Source of the DNA: Octopus sinensis
Lineage: Eukaryota
Direction of reading: 5' to 3'
Assembly: GCF_006345805.1 (NCBI RefSeq)
Contig: NW_021829169.1
Coordinates: 1-6,967 of the forward strand
Length of the DNA: 6,967 bases
In this document: positions 6,513 through 6,967 of the stretch, piece by piece
Layout: each line of letters starts with the position of its first letter
How positions within the stretch are numbered: the first letter of the stretch is position 1
Program-made: the position numbers and the translations under genes
Notes under the pieces: model-generated
The model's input: the letters and a program-made list of their open reading frames with translations, nothing else
What the model was told of the DNA's origin: nothing
Databases searched by the model: none

Positions 6513-6860
6513 TCTTATATTTTTGTAAGCTTGTATATGTATTATATTCTATGTACGATTCGCCGGAATTTTATTCGTCTTTTGATATGCCATATTTTAA
6601 TTTTATTATCATTATATTTATTTCTCTTATATTAACAGTTTATATTTATATTTTTATTTGTATATGATACTTATATATTACTGAATTTTAATTTTTTTTT
6701 AAATGTCGGACTATTTAGATATAAATCAGTATATAAGATTTGTATGTGTTTGGTCTATCTGTGAATTTTGTGATGTTCCTGTGGTTGTTGGTCGCATTGC
6801 CTGCCCTTGGATAAAAAATTATATACAACTCATTAGAGCACTTCTATTTCCAGTCCGTTG

Positions 6861-6893
6861 TATATCTTGAGTGTTGTTGTCACTCAAGATATA
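6861..6893. other. Perfect 13-bp inverted repeat with a 7-nt loop
   Basis: TATATCTTGAGTG-TTGTTGT-CACTCAAGATATA. Confidence 0.9.
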
Positions 6894-6967
6894 ACTTTAT
6901 ATTTTGTAATATATATATATATATAGGGGGAAGCTTTATGAAAATAAACAAAAGACGAAGGCAGGTG

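Noticed and set aside
1-6967. CRISPR array or prokaryotic operon/defence system
   Set aside because: There are no regularly spaced repeats with unique spacers and no gene-dense coding. The content is typical of a repeat-rich animal genome.

Overview
AT-rich, microsatellite-dense eukaryotic non-coding DNA made almost entirely of nested transposon relics. The SINE families look to me like those of octopus/cephalopod genomes (recognition from memory, not a database result). No intact host gene is supported, and nearly all listed ORFs are microsatellite artefacts. From left to right: TA/CA/TACA microsatellites; a possible orphan 3' half of a hammerhead ribozyme (minus strand); the 5' end of a decayed mariner; two tandem Helitron-like 5' ends; a decayed LINE ORF1/Gag zinc-knuckle fragment; a tRNA-derived SINE nested in an older SINE; a 633-bp fold-back (MITE-like) element with an 8-bp TSD and outward-facing TTAGGG repeats; a Helentron-type non-autonomous element with a SINE inside, flanked by a duplicated SINE-head segment; and a Penelope-like RT fragment. 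The most interesting feature follows the RT fragment on the same strand: a complete type I hammerhead ribozyme (about 6399-6512) with an intact catalytic core and an unusually long (65 nt) helix II domain.
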